A stretch of 64,000 bases of DNA. It comes from Vicinamibacteria bacterium. Its GTDB lineage: Bacteria; Acidobacteriota; Vicinamibacteria; Marinacidobacterales; Marinacidobacteraceae. The notes beneath the pieces are model-generated. The model was not told the origin of the DNA. It did not search any database and worked only from the letters and a program-made list of their open reading frames with translations. Shown in pieces: positions 20,455 through 30,222 of this stretch. Each line of letters begins with the position of its first letter. The first letter of the stretch is position 1. The position numbers were made by a program, and so were the translations under genes. The DNA is taken from the NCBI GenBank assembly GCA_963668695.2, contig CAXXLQ010000004.1, forward strand, positions 800,001-864,000, read 5' to 3'.

Positions 20455-22079
20455 CCCGTCTGAGACTCTTGGGGACCCTTGCCCTCATCACTCTGATCGC
20501 GGCCCCGGCACTGGCGCAGGTGTCCTACTCGCGCCTCATGAACGCCGCCGACGAGCCCGACGCCTGGCTCATGTATTCCGGCAACTACCGCTCGGAGCGG
20601 TTTAGCCGGCTCGACCAGATCACCAAGGAGAACGTCTCCCGGCTGCGGCCGGCGTGGATCTACCAGACCGGGACTATTGGCCGGGTCGAGGTCACGCCGC
20701 TGGTGGCCGACGGCGTGATGTACATCGCCGAGCCCCCGAGCACGATCGCCGCGCTCGACGCCCACACCGGCCGGCGGCTGTGGCGCTACGACCCGATCAT
20801 CCCCGAAGAGACGCTGAACATCGGCTTCCCGCGGACGAACCGGGGGATCGCGATCCTCGGCGACACGGTGTTTTTCGGAACGCTCGACGCCCAGTTGATC
20901 GCGCTGGATCGAACGCACGGTGACGTCCGCTGGAAAGTCCCGATCGCCGACAACGCGGTCGGCTACGCGGTCACCGCGGCGCCGCTCGCGGTGGACGGCA
21001 AGGTCATCGTGGGGATCAGCGGCGGCGAGGCCGGCGTCCGCGGATTCCTCGACGCCTACGACGCGGAGACCGGCGAACGGGTCTGGCGTTGGTGGTCCGT
21101 CCCCGCCGAAGGGGAACCGGGCAACGACACCTGGGGCGGCGACAGCTGGAAGACGGGAGGAGGGGCTACCTGGTTGACCGGCTCCTATGACCCCGAACTC
21201 GGCCTCCTCTACTGGCCGACCGGGAATCCGGCCCCGGACTGGAACGGCGATTCCCGGCCCGGCGACAACCTCTATACCGACTCGCTGGTCGCACTCGACG
21301 TGAACACCGGCGAAATGCGCTGGTACTTCCAGTACACCCCGCACGACGTCCACGACTGGGACGCCAACCAGATCCCGGTGCTGGTGGACGCCGAGTGGGA
21401 CGGCACGATGCGGAAGCTGGTCATCCTCGCGAACCGCAACGCGTTCTACTACGTGCTCGACCGCGAGACGGGCCAGTTCCTGCGGGCGACCCAGTACGCG
21501 ACCCAGACCTGGGCGGAGCGGATCGACGAGAACGGCCGGCCCGTGCGCATTCCCGGGACGTCGCCGAGCGAGGAGGGGACGCTGGTGTGGCCGAGCCTTG
21601 CCGGCTCGACGAACTGGTACAGCCCTGCCTACGACCCGGACCGGATGTCGCTCTTCGTCCCGACCCGGGAGATGTCCTCCATCTACTTCAAGAGCGAGGC
21701 CGAGTACGAGCCCGGGACGGCTTTCGTCGGCGGCGGCGAGCGGAGGCCGGACTCGGATGAGACCTACGGAGCGGTCCGGGCGCTCGACGCCCTGACCGGA
21801 GAGCTGAAGTGGGAGTTCAAGCAGTTGACGCCCGCAGTGTCCGGGGTACTGGCCACCGCCGGCGGGCTCGTGATCTCCGGGACCCAGGAGGGCAACGTCT
21901 TCGCGGTGGATGCCGATACCGGCGAACCGCTCTGGGACTTCTACGTGGGCGGCGGCATCCGGGCGGCCCCGATGAGCTTCGCGCTTGACGGGCAGCAATA
22001 CATCTCGGTGGCGGCGGGCCAGTCCATCTTCACTTTCGCGCTCTCGCCGGGCGCGGACGCCGGCGGGAACGACGATTGA
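20451..22079 (+). CDS. PQQ-dependent dehydrogenase (methanol/ethanol family)
   Basis: W-motif repeats, GGEAGVRG, YWPTGNPAP, RPGDNLY, QYTPHDVHDWD, ANRNAFYY. Confidence 0.93.
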   Translation: MTRLRLLGTLALITLIAAPALAQVSYSRLMNAADEPDAWLMYSGNYRSERFSRLDQITKENVSRLRPAWIYQTGTIGRVEVTPLVADGVMYIAEPPSTIAALDAHTGRRLWRYDPIIPEETLNIGFPRTNRGIAILGDTVFFGTLDAQLIALDRTHGDVRWKVPIADNAVGYAVTAAPLAVDGKVIVGISGGEAGVRGFLDAYDAETGERVWRWWSVPAEGEPGNDTWGGDSWKTGGGATWLTGSYDPELGLLYWPTGNPAPDWNGDSRPGDNLYTDSLVALDVNTGEMRWYFQYTPHDVHDWDANQIPVLVDAEWDGTMRKLVILANRNAFYYVLDRETGQFLRATQYATQTWAERIDENGRPVRIPGTSPSEEGTLVWPSLAGSTNWYSPAYDPDRMSLFVPTREMSSIYFKSEAEYEPGTAFVGGGERRPDSDETYGAVRALDALTGELKWEFKQLTPAVSGVLATAGGLVISGTQEGNVFAVDADTGEPLWDFYVGGGIRAAPMSFALDGQQYISVAAGQSIFTFALSPGADAGGNDD

Positions 22080-23155
22080 TGCGGCGGGCCGCGCCCCTTT
22101 CCGCAGCGCTGCTGGGGATCTTCGTGGGGATCTTCGCGGCCGGCTGCGGAGGGTCGGGGGAGCCGGACCCCGCGGGAGCGGAGTCCGGGGCGTCCTCTGA
22201 CCCGGCCGCCGGCCCGCTCCTGCTCGTCACCAACGAAGACGCCGGGACCCTGAGCATCGTCGCGACGACGACCCACGAGGTGTTGGCCGAGATCGAGGTC
22301 GGGCGGCGCCCGCGCGGGGTGCGCGCTTCGCCCGACGGCGGGATGGCCTACGTGGCGGTTTCGGGTTCGCCCAAATGCCCGCCCTGGATGGAGGAAGAAG
22401 GCTGCGCCGAACCCGACAAGCGGTTCGACGGGATCGCCGAAGTGGACCTCCGCGAGCAGGTCCGGACGCGGATACTGCCCGGCGGCTCGGATCCCGAGAC
22501 CTTCGACATCACCCCCGACGGCGCCCGGATCGTCGTTTCGAACGAGGACACCGACGAGGCGAGCCTCGTGGATCTGGAATCCGGCGAGATCATCCGCACG
22601 GTCCCGGTGGGGGCCGAGCCCGAGGGGGTGCGGATCAGCCCCGACGGGACGCTTGCCTACGTGACCGGGGAGACCGATCACGACGTCACGGTGCTCGACA
22701 CTTCGACCGGGGACGAGATCGCCCGGATCACCGTGGGGCACCGGCCGCGGGATCTGGTGTTCACCCCGGACGGAACGTTCGCCTACGTGTCTTCCGAGAT
22801 TGACGGCACGGTTTCCGAGATCGTGGTCGCCGAGAACCGGGTGAGCCGCACCATCGCGCTCCCCGAGGGGTCCCGGAGCATGGGTGTTGCCCTCTCGCTG
22901 GATGCGCGGACCCTCTACGTCGCGAACGGCCGGTCAAAGACCGTTTCCGTGGTGGATCTCGGCTCGGGAGAGGTCACCGCCAACGTCGAGGTGGGGGAGC
23001 GGCCCTGGGGAATCGTGCTCTCCTTCGACGGGAGCCTCCTCTACACGGCGAACGGGCCTTCGAACGACGTGACGGTGCTGGATACGGAGACGCTGGAAGT
23101 GGTCGCGCGCATCCCGGTGGGAGCGTCGCCGTGGGGGCTGGCGCTGGTTCCGTAG
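22076..23155 (+). CDS. YVTN beta-propeller repeat lipoprotein
   Basis: AAGC lipobox; repeated VG..P.G...SPDG...YV units. Confidence 0.88.
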   Translation: MMRRAAPLSAALLGIFVGIFAAGCGGSGEPDPAGAESGASSDPAAGPLLLVTNEDAGTLSIVATTTHEVLAEIEVGRRPRGVRASPDGGMAYVAVSGSPKCPPWMEEEGCAEPDKRFDGIAEVDLREQVRTRILPGGSDPETFDITPDGARIVVSNEDTDEASLVDLESGEIIRTVPVGAEPEGVRISPDGTLAYVTGETDHDVTVLDTSTGDEIARITVGHRPRDLVFTPDGTFAYVSSEIDGTVSEIVVAENRVSRTIALPEGSRSMGVALSLDARTLYVANGRSKTVSVVDLGSGEVTANVEVGERPWGIVLSFDGSLLYTANGPSNDVTVLDTETLEVVARIPVGASPWGLALVP

Positions 23156-23255
23156 GCGGGCAGTCGAAGCGCACGCTGCGCCGGGCGAGCGGCCCGGCGG
23201 ACGGCAAACCGGATGACGTGCACCGTCACTCCGAAATCAACAGGGAACGTTGCTA

Positions 23256-23922
23256 ATGAAGATCGACATGATGGAGTCACTGGGTTACTCCTTCCTGCGT
23301 CACGTCCAAGGTTGCTGGGTCGTGCAGACGAACTGGAAATGGCCCGGGCGCGGCGTCACAGAGCGTCAAGGACAAATTGAGGAAGAGTTTGAGGAGATGC
23401 GGAAGAACTTTGGTCCCGATGTGTTCAAGAAGACAGAGGACGTGGAGCAACTCCTCAAGCACGCCGAACTGGATGCATTAGGAGTAACTAGGAACGGAGA
23501 GGTACATGCCCTGGAAGCAGCGTTCCATGAAGGAGGGCTGCAGTACGGGAGGACAATCGATGAGACCTTCCGCATCGTCCGGAAAAAGATGCTCCGCACG
23601 TACCTCGTGCTGAAAGACCTCGATTTCTCTGAGGCGCGCCAACACATCTGGTTCCTCTCACCGAAAGTGAGGGGCGAGCGCGCCAAGAAGCTGGAGGAAC
23701 TGTTCAAGGAACTGAAAAGGACTTTATCCGCGCGTCCACTGGCATCTGTGCATCAACCAGTCGGTGGAGACTGAGGTACTGCAACCGACTCTTGACAAGA
23801 CAGAGGGCATGTCCGATCTGTCGGAGTTGTTCTTGAGGGCTAGAACATTGCTGAAGGTCATCAAACCTGACCAGGCGGGTGGCGCCGCGCCAGCAACTGC
23901 GTCGCCAGTTCCCGGAGGCTGA
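23256..23922 (+). pseudogene. Hypothetical PD-(D/E)XK-like nuclease, frameshifted near 23716
   Basis: ESLGYSFLRHV..C..VQTNWK, ELDALG, LEAAFHEGGL. Removing one A from CTGAAAAGG gives the continuation GLYPRVHWHLCINQ...SDLSELFLRA. Visibly lower GC than the flanks. Confidence 0.6.
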
Positions 23923-24110
23923 TGGCCTCCACCGTATCCGTGACCGGATAGCGGTCGGGCCCCGTACCCACCAGGAAACAGCGGTCCGGCGCCAGGGCCT
24001 CCGGGGCCAGATGAAAGCCCTTGGTGGTCCGGGGGACGCGACTCCACTTGGCCTCCACGGCCCAGCGCTCGCCGCTCGGGAAATCCAGCACCAGGCCCAT
24101 CTCCGCACCA
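23861..24110 (-). pseudogene. C-terminal fragment of an AAA-DUF4143-type protein (copy 1)
   Basis: AEMGLVL..ERWAVEAK...TKGFHLA...RYPV...EAISL. Confidence 0.7.
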
Positions 24111-24168
24111 GCAGCGATGCTGGAGCGGCCAGTGCGGCTCCAGTCGGGCGCCTCGCTGAGAACCGCCA

Positions 24169-24651
24169 CTACTGGGATCGCGCCAATCCGCGGCGCGGCG
24201 CGCGTACTTTCCGTCTCACGCTGCGCGCTGCGTTCGTCGTCGGCGCGAACGAGGCTTGTTCGGCGAGCAGTTGTCCATGCTTCCTCGCCCGCGTCTTCCG
24301 CTCTTCGTCGGTTCCCGGGACGCCAGGCAGATCAATGTCGGCGTGGAACGGATTGTCCGGCCGCGGGGTGGCCCGCACGGTGCGGCCGTGCAGTCGCGCC
24401 GCCGCGACCACAATCGCAAGCCAGCCATAGAACGCTCTCGCGCCCTCCCGGCTCTCCGCCGCGCGTGTCCCAAGCTCCACCAATCGGGCGAGCGCGGCGC
24501 GGTCAAGACAGTCAACGGAGAGCGAACGGGCCTTCCAGTCGTAGAAGGCCCTCCAGCGAAGCCGCCGGTCCCCTTGTTGGCGCCGGGAGAATACGCGTCG
24601 TCCGAGACGCTCGTCGTCGCGAAGGTCAGCCGCGGACTTCGAGTTCGCCAC
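24169..24651 (-). CDS. Hypothetical protein, putative ADP-ribosyltransferase-like toxin
   Basis: DDERLGRRVF...SLSVD...DNPFHADI (R / SxS / H pattern). GTG start overlaps the upstream gene. Confidence 0.5.
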   Translation of the reverse strand: MANSKSAADLRDDERLGRRVFSRRQQGDRRLRWRAFYDWKARSLSVDCLDRAALARLVELGTRAAESREGARAFYGWLAIVVAAARLHGRTVRATPRPDNPFHADIDLPGVPGTDEERKTRARKHGQLLAEQASFAPTTNAARSVRRKVRAPRRGLARSQ

Positions 24652-25180
24652 GGACCGGAACCCCCACTCGCCGCAAAGCAGGACGGCCGAACGCTTCAAG
24701 AAGCTGGCGCCAGGTCGCGAATCTCTCCGTGACCACCTCGCCGGCGACGAGTTCCTGATAGATGGCGGAACCGTCCGATTCCACAATCAGGAGCAATCGG
24801 CACCCCTTCCGACCATAGAACTCGACGCTGACGCCTCCGTCCGCATCGTCGTCCACTGCAGGAGCGTCGTCCGCCCATCTGGCCAGTTGGCGGAGCAACG
24901 AGCGAGCCTCGGCGACCACCTCGCCGGAGGGGGTCGGCCCATCCACTTCCACGCCCTCTCCGACCTCTTCGAGTTCCCGGAGCGCTTGCGGAAGCCAGCG
25001 CGCTTCAGGCGGATCCGGAGTTGGAACCCGTGGCAACGATCGGTTCCGGCGCCGGGAAGTTTCGGAGCCCTCGGAAACAGCTCGCGCCATTCCGCTGCCG
25101 CCCGCTACCGGGAGGCCCCCGGGCGTCCGCTGCGCCTGCATTCGACCCCTGCCACGGGGCGGGTTCGGATCCGTCCCCAT
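24626..25180 (-). CDS. Hypothetical acidic protein, probable partner of the downstream toxin-like gene
   Basis: AAGGAG RBS before ATG 25180; PTPSGEVVAEARSLL...PAVDDDADGGVSVEF...LIVESDG. Confidence 0.6.
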   Translation of the reverse strand: MGTDPNPPRGRGRMQAQRTPGGLPVAGGSGMARAVSEGSETSRRRNRSLPRVPTPDPPEARWLPQALRELEEVGEGVEVDGPTPSGEVVAEARSLLRQLARWADDAPAVDDDADGGVSVEFYGRKGCRLLLIVESDGSAIYQELVAGEVVTERFATWRQLLEAFGRPALRRVGVPVRGELEVRG

Positions 25181-25401
25181 CGCTCTCTCTCCTTCGAGTC
25201 TAGCGCCCGCCCGCAGCCTGGCGCAGGGCGCCGTGAGACGCAGAGCCCTTTGTGGAGGGTTGGTCCATGGGCTTCCGACATGTCCCACTTTTTCGGCGTG
25301 ATTTGGTGTCGCCGAAGGGGTGGGTTAAGTGGATCCGGAGGGGTTTCGGTCGGATAGGCGGCGGGGGTGAGTTCCGGACTGGGCGCGGCGCTACCCGTGC
25401 G

Positions 25402-25525
25402 TCACCTCCGATCCTTTCGCAGCCGCTCCGGCACCCCATGAGGTGGTAGCTCTCGCGTAGCCACTCCTGAACCTCGCCGTCCAACGCCTCGGGCGCCATC
25501 ACGGCGAGGGTGTGGACGAACCACT
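25402..25525 (-). pseudogene. C-terminal gene fragment, DUF5655-like
   Basis: WFVHTLAVMAPEALDGEVQEWLRESYHLMG resembles the H...D.E...WL.E.Y tail. Confidence 0.4.
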
Positions 25526-25635
25526 CCGGGACAACCTCCCAGACACGCGCGAAACGCGACGAAATGAGTTACCCCGGGAAGCGCGGAGAGGGCTGGAACG
25601 CCGACCTCCAAGCTCGGCGGGCGCATCGCGAAGGC

Positions 25636-25845
25636 TTACCGGGCGCGCACACAACGGCGGGCCAGCGGCTCCGCCGCCCGTTCCCGGAGCCCGATGGCCT
25701 CGACCTCATCGCTCACCGGGTAGCGGTCCGGGCCCGCGCCGACCAGGAAGCACCGATCGGGCGCCAGCGCCTCGCGCGCGAAGTGGAAGCCCTTGGTGGG
25801 CCGGGGAACGCGGCTCCCCTTGATCTTGACGGCCCAGCGCCTGAC
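25636..25845 (-). pseudogene. C-terminal fragment of an AAA-DUF4143-type protein (copy 2)
   Basis: RWAVKIKGSRVPRPTKGFHFAREALAPDRCFLVGAGPDRYPV; direct repeat of ~23880-24070. Confidence 0.7.
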
Positions 25846-25998
25846 ACCCGTCCGTGACCGGGCGCCCCTCAGTCGTCCTTGCAAATTGCGCGTCACAGGC
25901 CGGATATACAAGGACAAACGCCAGCGAGCCGAACAGGCGGAGGGATTGCGACCGACGTTGTTCCTGCGTTATGTTCCTACATACAGGGACCACAAACG

Positions 25999-26364
25999 AT
26001 GAAGGCATTCAGTGTTCGAGAACTCAAGAACAACCCATCGGCTGCCCTGCGGGAGGCTCGGAAGGAGCCCGTCATGGTGCTCAAACGGAACCACCCGGAG
26101 GCGTTGCTCGTACACCTCAGCGACGACTCGCTGCTGGCCGAACCGGGCATCCGGGAAGCGGTCGCTACGGCGCTCTTCCGGAGCCGCAGCTTGTCTCTGG
26201 GCCGGGCGGCGGAGATCTCCGGGCGGCCAATCGCGGAATTCATGCAGCATGTCTCCCGCTTGGGGATTCCGGTCGTGGACGGTAGCGCCGCGAGCCTGCG
26301 CGAGGACGTCGAGGCGATCTCGCAGTGGATGAACGAATCGTCGCGGCCGACGCCAGCCCGCTGA
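25999..26364 (+). CDS. Phd-like/UPF0175 antitoxin
   Basis: FSVRELKNNPS...PVMV (Phd-like) fused to LSLGRAAEISG...FMQHVSRLGIPV (UPF0175). Confidence 0.82.
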   Translation: MKAFSVRELKNNPSAALREARKEPVMVLKRNHPEALLVHLSDDSLLAEPGIREAVATALFRSRSLSLGRAAEISGRPIAEFMQHVSRLGIPVVDGSAASLREDVEAISQWMNESSRPTPAR

Positions 26365-26837
26365 TCACCCTGGCTTCGGCCGGCGCGTTCGATCTGCTGC
26401 GCAAACTGTTCGGCCGCATTCTTGTGACCACCGCGGTCCGGAACGAGGTGTTGGCCGGCGGAACAAGGCCGGGAGTCCGGGAACTGAACGCCGCAGTCGA
26501 AGAAGGGTGGGCCGTCATCGTAGAGACCGCACCGACCGGGGCCATCTTTCGGGGCCTCGGCGCCGGAGAGGCCAGCGTCCTCGCGCTCGTACGGGACCAG
26601 AGCGAGCCGTCCTTGCTGCTGTTGGACGACCCGCTGGCCCGCTCTCACGCCCACGCACTGGGCAAGCCCGTCACCGGAGTGGTGGGAGTTCTTCTGATGG
26701 CGAAGCGGCAGCGGCTGATCCCGGCGGTTGGCCCGTTGCTGCCACGTCTCACGAGCAGCGGATTCCGGCTGTCGGACCAGGTGCTCCGTGGCGCGCTCGC
26801 GGAAGCCGGGGAGAGCCCGTTGGGGGTGGAATCCTGA
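26325..26837 (+). CDS. DUF3368 PIN-domain protein
   Basis: DASPLI, LGAGEASVLALV, LLLDD..AR, GVVGVLL.AK, GFRLS...AGE. Confidence 0.88.
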   Translation: MDERIVAADASPLITLASAGAFDLLRKLFGRILVTTAVRNEVLAGGTRPGVRELNAAVEEGWAVIVETAPTGAIFRGLGAGEASVLALVRDQSEPSLLLLDDPLARSHAHALGKPVTGVVGVLLMAKRQRLIPAVGPLLPRLTSSGFRLSDQVLRGALAEAGESPLGVES

Positions 26838-26888
26838 CCGGACGGGCGACCCGGACGGGCGACCCGGAGGCCGATGGTGTCTGCCGTC

Positions 26889-28277
26889 CTACCGGAGGGC
26901 CGCCAGCACGGTCTCGGCGCTCACTTCACAAACTTCTGGCTGCCGGAAGCGTGGGCCGGCAGGATCCGGGACGAAGCGGACATGGATCACTTCGGCGTCG
27001 CGCGCGCCGGGGAGATGCGCTGTTTCGGGCTTCTCCGCCGGACGCCGGGGCCGCGATTCGGCCGCCCATTTCACCTCACCGACCAGCAGGCGCTTCCCGT
27101 CCACCGAGCGCGCAACGACGTCCACCTCGGGCTCGTTCCGCCGCCAGTAGCGCTGCGCGGGTTCCCAGGGGCCGAGCGCACCGAGCGGTGAATCGGTCCG
27201 GTGGAGCGTGGGAGTCGCCATCCGGCAGAGTTCCTCCCACGCTTGGGATTCGAGACCGGGCCGGGCGCGCTTCCAATAGGCAAGGCGCGTCTCCCGGGGG
27301 GCCGCAGCGAGGACCGCGCGGTGGGGCGCGACAACCCGGAACCAGAGCCGAAGGAACGGATCCTCGATCCGGTAGAGACTGCGCTTTCCGGAACGAGGCG
27401 GACTCCCGAACGGGATCTCCCGGCGGAGAAACCGCATCTCGCACAGGGTCGCGAGCGATCCCGAAAGGCTCGAAGCGGGTTTTCCGAGGCGCCCGGCGAT
27501 TTCGCTGATCCGGTGGGCGCCCGCGCCGATCACGTCCAGCAACGGCCGCAAGGAGGTCGCCGCCGGGGTTTCCTCGCGGAGCAAACGGTCCGGTTCGTCG
27601 TGCAGCGGCCCGGCGGGATCGAGCACCAGGGAATCCACCGCGTCATCGAGATCGATACCGAAGCGCTCCGCGAGTTCCCAGGTACGCGGCGTGCCGCCCC
27701 AGAGCGCGTAGAGGGCCACCTGTTCGGGGGACCTGGACGCTGGGAAGGCGTCGGCGAGATATCCGGGTCGGAGCGGCTGCACCGCGAACGCCTCCACCGC
27801 ACGACCGTAGAGGGGCGCGGCCGCGCCGAGGAGGGCCCCGTGCATCATGCGCCAACTGGAGCCGCTCACGACGAGCGACGGACGCGGACCCGGACGATCG
27901 AGCCAGTTCTGCAACACACTGGCGAACGAAGGATCGGTCGCGAGCAGGTAGGGCAGTTCGTCGAGGATGAAGGGCCCCGGCCAACCCGCCGCGGCCGCTT
28001 CGCCCCGCAGACGATCGAGGAAGGAGCGCCAGTCCGGATACTCGACTGAGGCGAACCCCGGGAACCGCCCCGCGACGGCGGCGGCCAGATACCGGCGCTG
28101 CACCGGCGGCGCCGAGAGGTCGGCCACCGTATAAAGGCCGTCGTGGCGCGATGACCATTCGAGGAGCAGCCGTGATTTCCCGACCCGGCGGCGCCCCCAG
28201 ATGGCCGTGAGGCTTCCCGGATACTGAAGAGCGGCGTCGAGGCGGCCGAGTTCGTCGGTGCGGTTGAGGAAGCGCAT
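26889..28277 (-). CDS. ATPase_2 (archaeal-type) ATPase with DUF234/nuclease-like C-terminus
   Basis: FLNRTDEL, GRRRVGKS, LDELPYL, WGGTP, DPFLRLWFR, EVDVVA...GEVKW. Confidence 0.9.
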   Translation of the reverse strand: MRFLNRTDELGRLDAALQYPGSLTAIWGRRRVGKSRLLLEWSSRHDGLYTVADLSAPPVQRRYLAAAVAGRFPGFASVEYPDWRSFLDRLRGEAAAAGWPGPFILDELPYLLATDPSFASVLQNWLDRPGPRPSLVVSGSSWRMMHGALLGAAAPLYGRAVEAFAVQPLRPGYLADAFPASRSPEQVALYALWGGTPRTWELAERFGIDLDDAVDSLVLDPAGPLHDEPDRLLREETPAATSLRPLLDVIGAGAHRISEIAGRLGKPASSLSGSLATLCEMRFLRREIPFGSPPRSGKRSLYRIEDPFLRLWFRVVAPHRAVLAAAPRETRLAYWKRARPGLESQAWEELCRMATPTLHRTDSPLGALGPWEPAQRYWRRNEPEVDVVARSVDGKRLLVGEVKWAAESRPRRPAEKPETAHLPGARDAEVIHVRFVPDPAGPRFRQPEVCEVSAETVLAALR

Positions 28278-28281
28278 ACAG

Positions 28282-28318
28282 GATTATGTGTATTGAGATT
28301 ATATTTATGGACATAATC
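28282..28318 (-). promoter_or_regulatory. AT-rich promoter/operator with inverted repeat
   Basis: GATTATGT-N21-ACATAATC; CATAAT -10-like hexamer just upstream of the ATG. Confidence 0.5.
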
Positions 28319-28562
28319 ATTGCGCCATCGGAATCGCGAGAAGCGGGGCGCTGCGCGGGCGCGCTGCATGGCGCGTTCGGCGGCCTTCGGGGGTGATGCG
28401 GACGGGAGGCCGGCCCGGTTCTCCGGTGGCGGCTCCCCGGGGATCTCTCTGACCTGCGCGCCGTGACATCGGCCGCGCGTTCCCTTCTCCGGCGCCCTCC
28501 GGAACGGGAAATCCGGGATAGGATCGCGCGGCTTTCGCGCCCGTGGCGCCCGAACTTCCAAG

Positions 28563-28612
28563 CCCCCAGTCCACCCCCCAGGTCCATCCCCCAGGTCTCC
28601 CCCCAGGTCCAT
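28563..28612 (+). repeat. Short tandem repeat, ~12 bp x4
   Basis: CCCCCAG(G)TC(C/T)(A/C) repeated just before the TTG start. Confidence 0.6.
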
Positions 28613-28614
28613 CC

Positions 28615-30204
28615 TTGAACCGCTACGACGCCGTCGTCATCGGGGGCGGCCACAACGGCCTGATCGCGGCCGGTTACCTGGCGCGGGCCGGACAGCGGGT
28701 GCTGCTCGTCGAAAAAAACGACCGGGTGGGAGGCGCCACCTTCAGCGAGGAGATCCTGCCGGGGTTCACGGTCTCGGTGTTCTCGTATGTGGTCAGCCTG
28801 CTGCGGCCGCAGATCATCGACGACCTCGACCTCGCGCGGCACGGCCTGCAGTTGCAGGCGCTCGACGGCACCTTCACCCCGCTCCGGGACGGGAGGGCGC
28901 TGACCCGCTGGCACGACCCCGCGAAGACCCGCGAGTCGCTCCTCCAGTTCTCGCGCCGGGACGCCGACAACTACCCGGTCTTCGGCCTCCGGATGCACCA
29001 CCTGAGCCGGGCGATCCGGGACCTGCTCATGATGCGTCCGCCGCGGGTGGGCTCGGTCCGTCCCCGGGAACTGCGCAGTCTGGTCGGGTTGGCCTCGCAC
29101 TTCGCGGGGCTCGGGGACCGGCGCTTGCACGAACTCGCGCGCCTCATGACCGCGAGCGCGAGCGACTACCTCGATCGCTGGTTCGAAACCGATGTCCTCA
29201 AGGCGACCATGTCCGCGAGCGGCATCATCGGAACCTTCCTCGGCATCTCCTCGCCGGGCACGGCCTACGTTCTGCTGCACCACTACATGGGCGAGATCGA
29301 CGGTGCGTCGCGGTCGTGGGGTTTCCAGCGCGGCGGCATGGGCGCGGTCGCGGACGCGCTGGCGAACGCCGCCCGCAGCTTCGGCGCCGAGATCCGCACG
29401 AACGCCGGAGTCCAGCGGATCCTGACCAGCGGCGGACGGGTGGCCGGGGTCGTCCTCGAGGGCGGCGAGGAAGTCTTCGCCGACCAGGTCGGCTCGAGCC
29501 TCGACCCCCACCGCACCTTTTTGCGACTGCTCGACGCCGAGGAACTGCCGGGGGACTTCGTCCGGGACATCCGGCGCTACCGGCTCCGCGGCTCCTCCGG
29601 AAAGGTCAACCTGGCGCTCGACGCGCTCCCGGATTTCACCGCCCTGCCAGGGGTCGGGCCGCACCTTCGGGGCGCGATCTCGATCAGCCCCGACCGGGAG
29701 ACGATGGAACGCGCCTACGACGACGCGAAGTACGGCCGCTTCTCGCGGAGCCCTTACCTGGATGTCCTCATCCCCTCGATGATCGACCCCTCGATGGCGC
29801 CCCCGGGGAAGCACGTCATGTCCATCTTCGTGCAGTACGCGCCGTACCACCTGAACGGCGAGGAGGGAGACTGGGACGCCCAGCGGGACGCCTTCGGCGA
29901 CACGGTGATCCGAACGCTCGCCGAATACGCCCCGAACCTCCCGAACATCATCCTGGAGCGGCAGGTGCTGACCCCGCTGGACATCGAGCGCCGCACCGGG
30001 CTCACCGAAGGCAACATCTTCCAGGGCGAACTCGGGCTCGAACAGCTCTTCTTCCTGCGTCCGGCGGCGGGCTGGGCCCAGTTCCACACCCCGATTCGCG
30101 GTCTCTTCCTCTGCGGCTCCGGCGCCCACCCCGGCGGCGGGGTCATGGGCGCGCCCGGGAAACTCGGCGCCGACGCGATGCTCCAGGCCGCCGGAGTGGT
30201 CTGA
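28615..30204 (+). CDS. Phytoene dehydrogenase-like (PYROXD2-like) FAD oxidoreductase
   Basis: IGGGHNGL, GGMGAV, TPLDIER..GLTEGNIFQGEL, GAHPGGGV. Confidence 0.9.
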   Translation: MNRYDAVVIGGGHNGLIAAGYLARAGQRVLLVEKNDRVGGATFSEEILPGFTVSVFSYVVSLLRPQIIDDLDLARHGLQLQALDGTFTPLRDGRALTRWHDPAKTRESLLQFSRRDADNYPVFGLRMHHLSRAIRDLLMMRPPRVGSVRPRELRSLVGLASHFAGLGDRRLHELARLMTASASDYLDRWFETDVLKATMSASGIIGTFLGISSPGTAYVLLHHYMGEIDGASRSWGFQRGGMGAVADALANAARSFGAEIRTNAGVQRILTSGGRVAGVVLEGGEEVFADQVGSSLDPHRTFLRLLDAEELPGDFVRDIRRYRLRGSSGKVNLALDALPDFTALPGVGPHLRGAISISPDRETMERAYDDAKYGRFSRSPYLDVLIPSMIDPSMAPPGKHVMSIFVQYAPYHLNGEEGDWDAQRDAFGDTVIRTLAEYAPNLPNIILERQVLTPLDIERRTGLTEGNIFQGELGLEQLFFLRPAAGWAQFHTPIRGLFLCGSGAHPGGGVMGAPGKLGADAMLQAAGVV

Positions 30205-30222
30205 TCCGACTGGTCTGATCCG

